64,000 nt of DNA from an uncultured Gemmatimonadales bacterium (GTDB lineage: Bacteria > Gemmatimonadota > Gemmatimonadetes > Gemmatimonadales > GWC2-71-9): assembly GCA_963844445.1 (NCBI GenBank), contig CAWJOB010000002.1:73715-137714 (forward strand). The letters are read 5' to 3'. The position numbers and the translations under genes are program-made. This document shows positions 10,737-21,459 of the stretch, piece after piece. Every line of letters starts with the position of its first letter. Positions within the stretch are counted from its first letter, which is position 1. The notes beneath the pieces were generated by a model. That model did not search any database. It was not told the DNA's origin and saw nothing but the letters and a program-made list of their open reading frames with translations.

Positions 10737-11929
10737 GCGGCGTGCACCACCGGAAGCGCCGCACCCCGCCGCATGGAGGGCCCGGGGGGTGGATCGTCGA
10801 ACTCGTCTCGCACCGACTGGTAAAGGCTGTCCCGCTCGACCGGACGCTTCCCCGCTCCCCGGATCAGACGCACCAGCTCGAGATATGGCAGATGCATGTC
10901 GGTGAGCGCGCCCGCCTCGTGATAGATCCGCTCGTAGACCACGGTGCCCTCGACGTCATCGCAGCCGAAGTCGAGCGCGATCTGCGAGAGGAAGGGCGTC
11001 ACCATCGGCCAATGGGTCTTCACGTGCGGGATGTTGTCGAGGAACAGCCGGCCGACAGCGATGTTCTTGAGATCCTCGTAGCCGGTGGTCGCCGTGCCGA
11101 CCCGGCCCATCTCCTCGCCCAGCTCGTTGTGGTCCGGGTGGTATGCCAGCGGGATGTAGGTCAGAAAGCCGCCGGTGTCGTCCTGCAAGGTCCGCAGCTG
11201 CGACAGGTGAGCGATCCGGTCTTCGGCGGTCTCCACATGTCCATACAGCATGGTGCAGTTGGTGGGGATCCCCAGCTCGTGGGCCACGCGGTGTACCCGC
11301 AGCCATTCGTCGCCGGTCAGCTTCCGCTCGGCGATCGTGGCGCGGACGGCGGTGCTGAACACCTCCGCGCCGCCACCCGGCAGGCTGGTGAGGCCCGCCT
11401 CCTTCATCGCGAGGAGCACCTCGCGCTCGGTGGTCTTCTCGATCCGCGCCAGGTGCGCGATCTCGACCGCGGTCAGTGCCTTGATGTGCACCTGCGGATG
11501 GCGCTCCTTGAGACCCCGGATCATGTCGGTGTAGTAGCTGAGCCGGAGCTTGGGATGGAGTCCGCCGACGATGTGGAACTCGCGCGTCGGCATCCCCCGA
11601 GCCTGCTCGGCCTCGTGGAACACCTCATCCAGGGAGCGGGTGTAGGCGCCGTCTTCCTTCGGCATCCGCGCGAACGAGCAGAACACGCAGGTGTTCCGGA
11701 GCACGCACACGTTGGTCGGGTTCAGGTGCTGATTGGCGGAGAAGAAGACCCGGTCGCCGTTGCGTCTGCGGTTGGCGAAATCCGCGAGCCTGCCCAGGCC
11801 CAGCAGATCGGTGGTGGCGTAGAGCGCCACCCCGTCGGCCGGCGTGAGTCGCTCGCCCGCCATCACCTTGTCGGCGATGGGGCGAAGCTGAGGGTCGCGC
11901 AGACGGGATCGATCGATGGCGCCGGACAT
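10733..11929 (-). CDS. mqnE: Aminodeoxyfutalosine synthase (radical SAM)
   Basis: HLNPTNVC....CVFC, EFHIVGGLHP, HIKALTAVEI, LPGGGAEVF, TMLYGHVET, GTVVYERIYHEAGA. Confidence 0.92.
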   Translation of the reverse strand: MSGAIDRSRLRDPQLRPIADKVMAGERLTPADGVALYATTDLLGLGRLADFANRRRNGDRVFFSANQHLNPTNVCVLRNTCVFCSFARMPKEDGAYTRSLDEVFHEAEQARGMPTREFHIVGGLHPKLRLSYYTDMIRGLKERHPQVHIKALTAVEIAHLARIEKTTEREVLLAMKEAGLTSLPGGGAEVFSTAVRATIAERKLTGDEWLRVHRVAHELGIPTNCTMLYGHVETAEDRIAHLSQLRTLQDDTGGFLTYIPLAYHPDHNELGEEMGRVGTATTGYEDLKNIAVGRLFLDNIPHVKTHWPMVTPFLSQIALDFGCDDVEGTVVYERIYHEAGALTDMHLPYLELVRLIRGAGKRPVERDSLYQSVRDEFDDPPPGPSMRRGAALPVVHAA

Positions 11930-12013
11930 CCTATCTCCTTGCGGCTACGGAGGTAACGGATGCCTCAATCTACACCGGGGCGGCCCGACGGTGCCAGGAC
12001 GCCCGATCGGCGC

Positions 12014-13255
<1,242 letters not shown>

Positions 13256-13256
13256 C

Positions 13257-13496
13257 TTATTTCCCGATCTTCTCATGGAGGTAGTTCATCGCATCGCCCA
13301 CGGTGCGGAGCTTCTCCGCGTCCTCGTCGGGGATGTCGATGTCGAACTCCTTCTCGAAGGCCATGACCAGCTCGACGGTGTCCAGACTGTCCGCGCCGAG
13401 GTCCTCCATGAAGCTCGCCTCGCTGGTCAGCTTCTCGCGCTCCACGCCCAGCTCCTCGACGATGATGTCCTTGACCTTCTCTTCGACGTTGCTCAT
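13257..13496 (-). CDS. acpP: Acyl carrier protein
   Basis: [17 protein letters not shown] phosphopantetheine site. Confidence 0.98.
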   Translation of the reverse strand: MSNVEEKVKDIIVEELGVEREKLTSEASFMEDLGADSLDTVELVMAFEKEFDIDIPDEDAEKLRTVGDAMNYLHEKIGK

Positions 13497-13525
13497 GTGG
13501 TCCTCGATTGGAGATTCAGGGTCAC

Positions 13526-14266
13526 TCAGATGACCATTCCACCATCGACCACCAGTACCTGGCCGGTGATGTAGGCGGCGAGATCGGAGGCGAGGAACAG
13601 TGCCGCGCCGGCCACGTCCTCGGGCCGTCCCAAGCGCCCCAACGCGATGTCCTGTAATAATGTGGCCTTCGCGGCATCGGGCAAGCCGCTGGTCATGTCG
13701 GTGTCGATGTACCCGGGGGCGATACAGTTGGCCAGAATGCCGCGCCTGGCGTACTCTTTGGCCACCGACTTGGTGAAGCCGATCAGACCGGCCTTGCTCG
13801 CCGCGTAGTTCGCCTGGCCCTTGTTCCCGACCAGCCCCACGATGCTCGTCACGTTGATGATGCGGCCGCTCCGCCGCTTCATCATGCCCTTGATCACGCC
13901 GCGGGTGGTGTGGAAGGCGCCCTTCAGATTGGCGTCCAGCACCGCGTCCCAGTCCGCGTCGGTGAGCCGGAGCAGGATGTTGTCCCGGGTGAGGCCCGCG
14001 TTGTTGACCAGGATGTCGATCGGCCCGAGGGTGGTTTCCGCCGCGGCAAGCGCCCGCTCCACCTGCTCCGCCACCGCGACGTCGCAGCCCACGCCGGTGG
14101 TCCGCTCGCCCAGCTCCGCCGCCACCGCACGGGCGCGCTCGGCGTCGCGGCCCACGATGGCGACCTTCGCGCCGGCGCCGTGCATCGCCCGGGCGATGGC
14201 CAGGCCGATGCCGCGGGTGCTGCCGGTGACGAAGGCGACCTTGCCGGTGAGGTCGATGCTGGTCAT
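13526..14266 (-). CDS. fabG: 3-oxoacyl-ACP reductase
   Basis: [27 protein letters not shown]; fab cluster context. Confidence 0.96.
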   Translation of the reverse strand: MTSIDLTGKVAFVTGSTRGIGLAIARAMHGAGAKVAIVGRDAERARAVAAELGERTTGVGCDVAVAEQVERALAAAETTLGPIDILVNNAGLTRDNILLRLTDADWDAVLDANLKGAFHTTRGVIKGMMKRRSGRIINVTSIVGLVGNKGQANYAASKAGLIGFTKSVAKEYARRGILANCIAPGYIDTDMTSGLPDAAKATLLQDIALGRLGRPEDVAGAALFLASDLAAYITGQVLVVDGGMVI

Positions 14267-15186
14267 GCGAGGAACTTCTCCACCTCGTCCGCGGTCCCGA
14301 GGGCGACCGTGCGCGCGCCCGGCACGATCCGCTTCAGCAGTCCCGACAGGACGGTCCCCGGCCCGACCTCGACGAACGTCGCCTCGGACGCCACCTCGGC
14401 AGCGGCGCGCATGCAAGCGACCCAGCGCACCGGCGCGGTGAGCTGGTCGGCGAGCAGGCGCTTCGCGTCCACCCCGGTCCGCACCGCGGTGCCGCTGGCG
14501 TTCGCGATCACCGGGAACTCGGGATCGGCGAAGGCCGCGGACCCGAGCGCTTCGCGGAGGCCGTCCACCGCCGGCGCCATCAGCGGCGAGTGAAACGCGC
14601 CGCTCACCTTGAGCGGCACCACCCGCTTGGCGCCGCGCGCCTTGCAGCCGTCGCCGGCGGACGCGACGGCGCCGGGGTCGCCGGAGATCACCGTCTGGTC
14701 GGGCGCGTTGAGGTTCGCGGCGACGGCCACCTCACCGTTTCTCGAGGCCTCGTTGCAGGCGGCCTCGACCTCGGCGGTCGCCAGCCCGAGCACCGCGGCC
14801 ATCGCCCCAGGCCGGGCCTGGCCCGCGGCGAGCATCAGCTCTCCACGCCGGCGGACCAATCGAGCCGCGTCGGCTACCGTGAGGGTGCGGGCGGCGACGT
14901 GGGCGCTGTACTCGCCGAGGCTGTGCCCCGCCCCGGCCGCCATGGTGCCGAGCCGCTCGGCGACCACGGCGAGGACGGCGGCCGTGTGGGCGAGGATCGC
15001 GGGTTGGGCGTTGTGGGTGAGCGTGAGCTCGTCCTCGGGGCCCTCCCACATGATGCGCGAGAGCGGGACACCGAGGGTCTGGTCGATGGCACCGAAGGTA
15101 TCGCGGGCAACGGGAAAACGATCGGCGAGATCCTTCCCCATTCCGACGCGCTGCGCTCCCTGGCCGGGGCACATCAACACCGTCAC
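14263..15186 (-). CDS. fabD: Malonyl-CoA:ACP transacylase
   Basis: [36 protein letters not shown] start overlaps the fabH stop. Confidence 0.96.
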   Translation of the reverse strand: MTVLMCPGQGAQRVGMGKDLADRFPVARDTFGAIDQTLGVPLSRIMWEGPEDELTLTHNAQPAILAHTAAVLAVVAERLGTMAAGAGHSLGEYSAHVAARTLTVADAARLVRRRGELMLAAGQARPGAMAAVLGLATAEVEAACNEASRNGEVAVAANLNAPDQTVISGDPGAVASAGDGCKARGAKRVVPLKVSGAFHSPLMAPAVDGLREALGSAAFADPEFPVIANASGTAVRTGVDAKRLLADQLTAPVRWVACMRAAAEVASEATFVEVGPGTVLSGLLKRIVPGARTVALGTADEVEKFLA

Positions 15187-16175
15187 CACCGGACGACGGC
15201 GCTCCCCCAGGTGAACCCGGCCCCGAAAGCGACCAGCAGGATGAGCGACCCGGGCCCGACCCGGCCCTCCGCCACCGCCTGGTCGAGCGCCAGCGGGATC
15301 GAGGCCGACGAGGTGTTGCCGTAGCGGTCGAGGTTGACCATCACCTTGGCCATCGGGATGCCCGCGTGCTTCGCGGTGGCGTCGATGATGCGGAGATTGG
15401 CCTGGTGCGGAATCAACAGGTCGATCTGATCGGCCGTGACGCCCGCGAGGGTGAGCGCCTCGTCGCACGCCTCCGCCATGGCGCGTACCGCCGCCTTGAA
15501 CACTTCCCGCCCTGCCATCTTCATGTAGTGCGACCGCTCGCAGACCACCTTCTCGCTGATCGGATCGGAGGAGCCCCCGCCCGGCCGGTAGAGCAGCGGC
15601 GCCAGCCGGCCGTCGGACTTGAGGTAGGTGGAGAGGAGACCGCGGCCGGGCTGGGACGACCGGCGTACGACCGAGGCGCCCGCGCCGTCGCCGAAGAGGA
15701 TGGCGGTGCTCCGGTCCTGGAAGTCGGTGATGGTCGAAAGCTTCTCGGCGCCCACCACGAGCACGGTGCGGCTCTGGCCAGACGCGATGAGCCCTTCCGC
15801 GACGGTAAGGGCGTAGATGTATCCGGGGCAGGCAGCACCCACGTCGAAGGCCGCGGCGTTGTAGGCGCCGAGCAGGGCCTGGAGGTCGCAGGCGGTGGAG
15901 GGCAGCAGCCGGTCGGGGCTCGCGGTGGCGAGCACGATCGCGTCCAGGTCGGCCGGTGTGACCCCGGCGCGTTCCAGGGCGATCTCGCTGGCCTCGCAGC
16001 TCAGCATGGCGACGCTCTGGTCCGGCCCGGCGATGCGGCGCTCCCGGATACCGGTGCGCTCGACGATCCACTCGTCGGAGGTGTCGAGCATCCGGGTGAG
16101 GTCGTGGTTGGTGAGGACGCGCGGCGGCACCGCCGTGCCGACGCTGGCCAGCTCCGCGAAGGGACGGGGAATCAT
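15183..16175 (-). CDS. fabH: 3-oxoacyl-ACP synthase III
   Basis: DTSDEWIVERTGIRERR, AAC, LFGDGAGA, PHQANLRI, GNTSSAS, FGAGFTWG. Confidence 0.96.
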   Translation of the reverse strand: MIPRPFAELASVGTAVPPRVLTNHDLTRMLDTSDEWIVERTGIRERRIAGPDQSVAMLSCEASEIALERAGVTPADLDAIVLATASPDRLLPSTACDLQALLGAYNAAAFDVGAACPGYIYALTVAEGLIASGQSRTVLVVGAEKLSTITDFQDRSTAILFGDGAGASVVRRSSQPGRGLLSTYLKSDGRLAPLLYRPGGGSSDPISEKVVCERSHYMKMAGREVFKAAVRAMAEACDEALTLAGVTADQIDLLIPHQANLRIIDATAKHAGIPMAKVMVNLDRYGNTSSASIPLALDQAVAEGRVGPGSLILLVAFGAGFTWGSAVVRW

Positions 16176-17185
16176 GCCGGGGACGCGGTCTGGCGCTGAG
16201 CGAATTCGGCGCCGATATGCTGGCTCAGCCCCGCCCGCGCGGCCTGGACCGCAACGCGGATCGCGTTCTTGATCGCGTTGGGGCTGGAAGCGCCGTGGCA
16301 GACGATGGACACTCCCTTGATGCCGAGCAGGGGGGCGCCGCCGTAGGTGGAGTAATCGAGGATGCGGTTCAGGTCCGCCATGGCTGGCCGGTCGAAGGCG
16401 TCGGGGATGCGTTCCTTGAGCAGGCCGACGAACACCCGGGCCGACGACTCGTAGAACTTGAGCACGACGTTGCCCACGAAGCCGTCGCACACCACGACGT
16501 CCACCGGGATGCGCTGCTGTGGACCGGGAAGAATGTCGCGGCCCTCGATGTTGCCGGCGTAGTTGATGCGAGGGGCACGCTTGAGGAGCTGGTGGGCCTC
16601 GCGCACGATGGCGGTGCCCTTCTCCTCTTCCTCGCCAACGTTGAGCAGCCCGACCACCGGGTTCGGACGGCCCATGAGGTCGCGCATGTACACGGTGCCA
16701 AGATAGGCGAAGCCGAGCAGCTCGCGGGGGGAACAGTCGAGGTTGGCGCCGCCGTCGAGGACCAGGACGGGTTCGGTGCCGGTGGGAAAGAGCGTGGCGA
16801 CGGTGGCGCGCTCGACGCCGTCGTGCAGCCCCAGGAGCATGGTGGAGCCGGCCAGCATCGCCCCGGTGTTGCCGGCGGAGATAAACGCGTCCGAGCGGCC
16901 GTCTCGTTGAAGGCTCAGCCCGACGACCAGGCTGGAGTTGGGCTTCTTGCGTACCGCCTGGAGGGGCTTCTCACTCATCCCGATGACGTCGGCCGCCTCG
17001 TGCAGCTCGAGGCGGCCGCGATCGACGCCGGGATATCGGAGGAGCTCGGCCTCGATCGCGCCGCAGCGGCCGACCAGCTGGATCAGGAACCCGTCAGGCA
17101 GCTCCGCGAGCGCGTCCACCACCCCAGCGACTTCGGTTCGCGGAGCGCTGTCTCCCCCCATCGCGTCCAGCGCGACGCGAATCAC
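16172..17185 (-). CDS. plsX: Phosphate acyltransferase
   Basis: VALDAMGGD, SAGNTGA, LLNVGEEEEKG, GNIEG, VCDGFVGNVVLK, GGAPLLG, HGAS. Confidence 0.96.
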   Translation of the reverse strand: MIRVALDAMGGDSAPRTEVAGVVDALAELPDGFLIQLVGRCGAIEAELLRYPGVDRGRLELHEAADVIGMSEKPLQAVRKKPNSSLVVGLSLQRDGRSDAFISAGNTGAMLAGSTMLLGLHDGVERATVATLFPTGTEPVLVLDGGANLDCSPRELLGFAYLGTVYMRDLMGRPNPVVGLLNVGEEEEKGTAIVREAHQLLKRAPRINYAGNIEGRDILPGPQQRIPVDVVVCDGFVGNVVLKFYESSARVFVGLLKERIPDAFDRPAMADLNRILDYSTYGGAPLLGIKGVSIVCHGASSPNAIKNAIRVAVQAARAGLSQHIGAEFAQRQTASPA

Positions 17186-17187
17186 GC

Positions 17188-17370
17188 TCAGGCGTCCTCG
17201 ACCTCGACCCGCTTCTTGCCGCCGTAGTAGCCGCAGGAATCACACACCCGATGCGGAAGCTTGGGCGAGCTGCACCTCGGGCAGGCTTGGGTACGCATGC
17301 CGGCGCCGGAGTGGTGACCCCGCCGCAGCCGCTTCTTCATTTTCGAGGTCCGGCGCTTCGGAACTGCCAT
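17188..17370 (-). CDS. rpmF: 50S ribosomal protein L32 (Zn-ribbon form)
   Basis: MAVPKRRTSK, CPRC...PHRVCDSCGYY. Confidence 0.97.
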   Translation of the reverse strand: MAVPKRRTSKMKKRLRRGHHSGAGMRTQACPRCSSPKLPHRVCDSCGYYGGKKRVEVEDA

Positions 17371-17377
17371 GATGTCC

Positions 17378-17854
17378 TCAACCAGGTTCGGCGGGAGTGT
17401 GACAGGCGCACGGCCCCGCGTTCAAGTCGGTCCCACATTTCGGGCAGAGCCCCGCGCAATCCTCCCGACACAGCAGCAGATGCGCGTGCATGGCGAGCGC
17501 AAACTCCTCTCGCACCACGGCTCCCACGTCCACCGCCGCGGCCCGCTCGGGCAGTGGATAGAAATCCGGATCGTCGGAGGCCTCGGGGTCGGAGCTGAAC
17601 ACGGCCGCGTCCACCGCGACGTCCACGTCGTCGATCACTTCGGTGAGGCAGCGCCGGCACTCGCCGCGCACGACTCCGTGAAGATCGCCTCGCCAGAGGT
17701 ATTCCCCGTCGCCAGTCGCCTGCAATTGTCCCTGCACCGTCACCGGACCCAACAGGTCCAGTCCCAGCCCCTCGAATGTCGGATCCCCCGGCGCAAGCTC
17801 ACCGATGGTCCGAACGGGGCCCCGATGGAGCTCCCGAATGTCCACGCGCAGCAT
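17378..17854 (-). CDS. DUF177/YceD family protein
   Basis: CRRCL and LCREDCAGLCPKCGTDLN; conserved position upstream of rpmF. Confidence 0.92.
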   Translation of the reverse strand: MLRVDIRELHRGPVRTIGELAPGDPTFEGLGLDLLGPVTVQGQLQATGDGEYLWRGDLHGVVRGECRRCLTEVIDDVDVAVDAAVFSSDPEASDDPDFYPLPERAAAVDVGAVVREEFALAMHAHLLLCREDCAGLCPKCGTDLNAGPCACHTPAEPG

Positions 17855-17862
17855 AGCCCGTT

Positions 17863-17891
17863 AACCTAACCGCGACAACCACTTGAGGCAA
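17863..17891 (-). promoter_or_regulatory. sigma70-type promoter of the yceD-rpmF-plsX-fab operon
   Basis: TTGCCT (17891-17886), 17 bp, TAGGTT (17868-17863), 8 nt before the ATG. Confidence 0.6.
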
Positions 17892-17963
17892 CCCCGCGGG
17901 CTGGTGAAATGTCCAAAGGAAGCGCTGAATCCCTTCGCTTTTCACCCCGTACTTTCACGCTAT

Positions 17964-18397
17964 TCATGCCCAGAGACCTGCCAGCTCACCCTCCGGAAAG
18001 AAGAACCGCACCTCCCGGTCGGCGTTCTCCTGGCTATCCGAGGCGTGGATGGCGTTCCTGCCCTTCGACTCGGCATAGAGCTTCCGGATAGTGCCCGCAG
18101 CGGCCTCGGCCGGGTCGGTCGCGCCGATCACGGTACGGAGGTGGGCCACGGCGTCGCTTCGCTCCAGAGCCATGGGCATACAGGGGCCACTGGTCATGAA
18201 CCGACCAGCTCGTCATAGAACGGCCGCCCGCGGTGCACCTCGTAAAACGCGGCGGCCTGGGCCGTCGTCAGCCGCGCAAGGCGCGCCGCCCGGACCACGA
18301 AGCCCGCCTGCTCCAGGTGCGCGACGATCTTCCCGGCCTTGCCGCCTGCGACCGCGTCCGGCTTGACGATGCCGAGCGTGAGGGTAGGTGATGCCAA
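17964..18397 (-). pseudogene. ndk: Nucleoside diphosphate kinase with an apparent 1-bp deletion near 18200 (possibly a sequencing error)
   Basis: IVKPDAV...[15 protein letters not shown] in one frame; MTSGP...[16 protein letters not shown] in another. Confidence 0.9.
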
Positions 18398-18430
18398 GCA
18401 TGCCTCCGAGTCTTGAGCTGCGTGAAGGGT

Positions 18431-19327
18431 TCACCTTTTCACGCTTTTGGGCTTTTGCCCTTGCTTCTGCAGCAACGCCACGACATCCACCGGCCGGCGC
18501 ATGATCGCGATCCCCGCCGACTCGAAGGCGGCGAGCTTTTCCTCGGCGGTACCCGAGGAGCCCGAGATGATGGCGCCGGCGTGGCCCATCCGCCGTCCCT
18601 TGGGCGCGGTCTGCCCGGCGATGAAGCCGACGACTGGCTTGGACACCTTGTCCTTCACGAAGGCCGCGGCATTCTGTTCGTCCGTCCCGCCGATCTCGCC
18701 GATCATGACGATCGCGTCGGTCTCCGGGTCGTCCTGGAAGGCCGCGAGGCAGTCGATGAAGTTGGTGCCGATGATCGGATCGCCCCCGATGCCCACGCAG
18801 GTGCTCTGGCCGATCCCGTTGCGGGTGAGGTGATTCACGACCTCGTAGGTGAGCGTGCCGCTACGGGAGACCAGGCCCACCCGTCCAGCGGTGCAGATGT
18901 TGCCCGGGATGATCCCGATCTTCGCTCGGGCGCCGGGGGTAATGAGGCCGGGGCAGTTGGGGCCGATCAGGCGAACGCCCCGGCTCCTCACGAACGGCAT
19001 CGTGCGGCTCATGTGCATGACCGGGATGCCCTCGGTGATGCACACGATCAGGGGAATGCCGGCCTCCGCGGACTCGATCACCGCCGCCGCGGCGCCCATG
19101 GGCGGCACGTAGATGACCGCGGCGTTAGCGCCGGTAGCGCGCACCGCGTCGGCCACGGTGTTGAACACCGGGACTGTCCCCTCGAAGGTCTGGCCGCCCT
19201 TGCCCGGGGTTACCCCGGCCACGACGTTGGTGCCGTATTCGATCATCTGGCGGGCGTGGAACGATCCCTCGCGGCCGGTGATCCCCTGGACGAGGAGGCG
19301 CGTCGCGCCGTCGGCGAAGACGCTCAT
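18431..19327 (-). CDS. sucD: Succinyl-CoA synthetase alpha subunit
   Basis: [44 protein letters not shown]. Confidence 0.97.
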   Translation of the reverse strand: MSVFADGATRLLVQGITGREGSFHARQMIEYGTNVVAGVTPGKGGQTFEGTVPVFNTVADAVRATGANAAVIYVPPMGAAAAVIESAEAGIPLIVCITEGIPVMHMSRTMPFVRSRGVRLIGPNCPGLITPGARAKIGIIPGNICTAGRVGLVSRSGTLTYEVVNHLTRNGIGQSTCVGIGGDPIIGTNFIDCLAAFQDDPETDAIVMIGEIGGTDEQNAAAFVKDKVSKPVVGFIAGQTAPKGRRMGHAGAIISGSSGTAEEKLAAFESAGIAIMRRPVDVVALLQKQGQKPKSVKR

Positions 19328-20463
19328 GCACCCTTCCGCGCCAGCTGGACCACCCGCTGCACCGCTTCGTCCATGTCGCTCAGCGCCGTCATCCCGACCT
19401 CGTTGAGGATGCGAATCGCCTCCGCCTCGTTGGTGCCCGTCAGCCGGATCACGATCGGCACTTTCACTTTGAACTGCCGGGTCGCCGCGACGATGCCGTT
19501 GGCCACGTCGTCGGTCCGGGTGATGCCACCGAAGATGTTGAAGAGGATCGCCTTCACGTGGGGGTCGGCGGTGATGATCTTGAGCGCGTTGATCACCTTT
19601 TCCGGACTGGAGCTGCCCCCGATGTCCAGAAAATTCGCCGGCTCGCCGCCGTAATACTTGACCAGGTCCATCGTCGCCATCGCGAGCCCGGCTCCGTTCA
19701 CCACGCACCCCACGTTGCCGTCGAGCTTGATGAACGACAGATTCGCGCGGCGGGCCGCCGCCTCGCTGGGCTCCTCCGCGGAATCGTCGCGGAGCAGGCC
19801 GAGATCGGGGCGCCAGAAGAGCTCGTTGTCGTCGATCGTGATCTTGGCGTCGAGCGCCAGCACCCGACCGTCTGGCGTGGTAACCAGCGGGTTGATCTCC
19901 GCGAGCGAAGCCCCGTTGTCGATGAAGGCGCGGTAGAGCTGCTCGATCATCTTGGCGACCGCCTTCACCTGGGCGAAATCGCGGTAGAGCACGAAGGCGA
20001 GCGACAGCGCCTGGTGGGGAAACAGGCCGTAGGTGGGGTCCACCGGCAGGCGCACGATCTTCTCCGGCGTCTTCGCCGCGACCTCCTCGATGTCCACGCC
20101 CCCGGCCGAGCTCACCATGAAGACCGGACGCTGGGTCTCCCGATCCATGATGAGCCCGACGTAGCTCTCGGTGGCGATCTCGGCGGCGGGGACGACGAGG
20201 ACCTTGTGGACCGTCAGCCCCTTGATGGTCATGCCCAGGATCTGCGCCGCCTCGTCCGCGGCCTCGGCAGGGTTGCGGGCGAGCTTTACCCCGCCGGCCT
20301 TCCCCCGCCCGCCCGCGTGTACCTGGGCCTTGATCACCACCGTGCCGCCGATCCGCCGGGCGATCGCCTCGGCCTCGGTCGGCGTGGAGGCGACGTCGCC
20401 GTCGAACATGGCGATGCCCACCGCCTTCAGCAGGGTTCGCGCCTGGTACTCGTGCAGGTTCAC
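19324..20463 (-). CDS. sucC: Succinyl-CoA synthetase beta subunit
   Basis: [51 protein letters not shown]. Confidence 0.97.
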   Translation of the reverse strand: MNLHEYQARTLLKAVGIAMFDGDVASTPTEAEAIARRIGGTVVIKAQVHAGGRGKAGGVKLARNPAEAADEAAQILGMTIKGLTVHKVLVVPAAEIATESYVGLIMDRETQRPVFMVSSAGGVDIEEVAAKTPEKIVRLPVDPTYGLFPHQALSLAFVLYRDFAQVKAVAKMIEQLYRAFIDNGASLAEINPLVTTPDGRVLALDAKITIDDNELFWRPDLGLLRDDSAEEPSEAAARRANLSFIKLDGNVGCVVNGAGLAMATMDLVKYYGGEPANFLDIGGSSSPEKVINALKIITADPHVKAILFNIFGGITRTDDVANGIVAATRQFKVKVPIVIRLTGTNEAEAIRILNEVGMTALSDMDEAVQRVVQLARKGA

Positions 20464-21401
20464 TCTTCCCTCGCGATCGTGGTGCCGGTCTCACCCCGAA
20501 GAGCGGCCGGGCCCGAGGCCAGATGCGCGATGATCCCGCGGCCGCCGCCGTCGCGCACGAATCCGGCCGCCGCTTCCACCTTCGGCCGCATCCCGCCGGC
20601 ATCGAAGGCGCCTTCCGCGATCATCGCGTCGGCCCGCGCCGCCGTCATCCGGCGGATGGGGCGGGCGGATGGAGTTCCCCAGCCTTCGAATACGGCGTCG
20701 ACATTGGTGAGGATCATGAGCACGTCCGCCTCGAGCTGGCGGGCGAGCACGGCGGAGACCCGATCCTTGTCCACCACCGCATCCACACCCTCGAGGCCGA
20801 GAATCGGATCATCGTACACCGGCGGCCCGCCGCCGCCCGCCGCGATCACGATCGTGTCCTGCTCCAGCAGCCGCCGAACCACCGGAAACTCGACGACGGC
20901 CAGAGGCTTCGGGCTGGTGGTCATCCGGCGCCACGCACCGGCTCCGTCTCTGGCCACGGTCCGGCCCGACTCGCGCAGACGCGCCGCCTCGTCCTCGGTC
21001 AGGGGCTGCCCGATCGGTTTCGTCGGCATGCCGAGCGCGGGATCGAACCGGTCCACCAGCGTCTGAGTCACCAAAGTGGCCACCTCGCGGCGCACCCGCG
21101 CCGCCGCGAGCGCGTTCTGGAGCGACTGCTGGAGCATGTAGCCGATCCAACCGGCCGTCTCCGCGACCAGAACTCCCAGGGGCAGCGGCTCGACCACCCG
21201 CCGCGCGACTTCGTTGCGCAACAAGGAGTCGCCGACCTGAGGGCCGTTGCCGTGCACGATCACGATCCGCCACCCTTCGCTCGCCAGCAGGACGACCGAG
21301 GCCATGCTCTCGCGGGCTCGGCGGAACTGGTTCGCGATCGTGGCAGGCTCTCCGGCTCGGGACAGCGCGTTGCCGCCGAAGGCGAGTACGGCCGTCTTCA
21401 C
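20460..21401 (-). CDS. arcC: Carbamate kinase
   Basis: [57 protein letters not shown]. Confidence 0.93.
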   Translation of the reverse strand: MKTAVLAFGGNALSRAGEPATIANQFRRARESMASVVLLASEGWRIVIVHGNGPQVGDSLLRNEVARRVVEPLPLGVLVAETAGWIGYMLQQSLQNALAAARVRREVATLVTQTLVDRFDPALGMPTKPIGQPLTEDEAARLRESGRTVARDGAGAWRRMTTSPKPLAVVEFPVVRRLLEQDTIVIAAGGGGPPVYDDPILGLEGVDAVVDKDRVSAVLARQLEADVLMILTNVDAVFEGWGTPSARPIRRMTAARADAMIAEGAFDAGGMRPKVEAAAGFVRDGGGRGIIAHLASGPAALRGETGTTIAREE

Positions 21402-21428
21402 GCGTCCGCCCCGCTGAAAACGCGCTGC

Positions 21429-21457
21429 AAGCTAGTCCCGGCCCTGGGGGGGAGCAA
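21429..21457 (-). promoter_or_regulatory. sigma70-type promoter of arcC-sucC-sucD
   Basis: TTGCTC (21457-21452), 17 bp, TAGCTT (21434-21429). Confidence 0.55.
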
Positions 21458-21459
21458 GC

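Noticed and set aside
11967..11997. TGGCAC upstream of mqnE as a sigma54 site
   Set aside because: No TTGC at the -12 position; at most a weak sigma70 promoter (TGGCAC, 18 bp, TAGATT)
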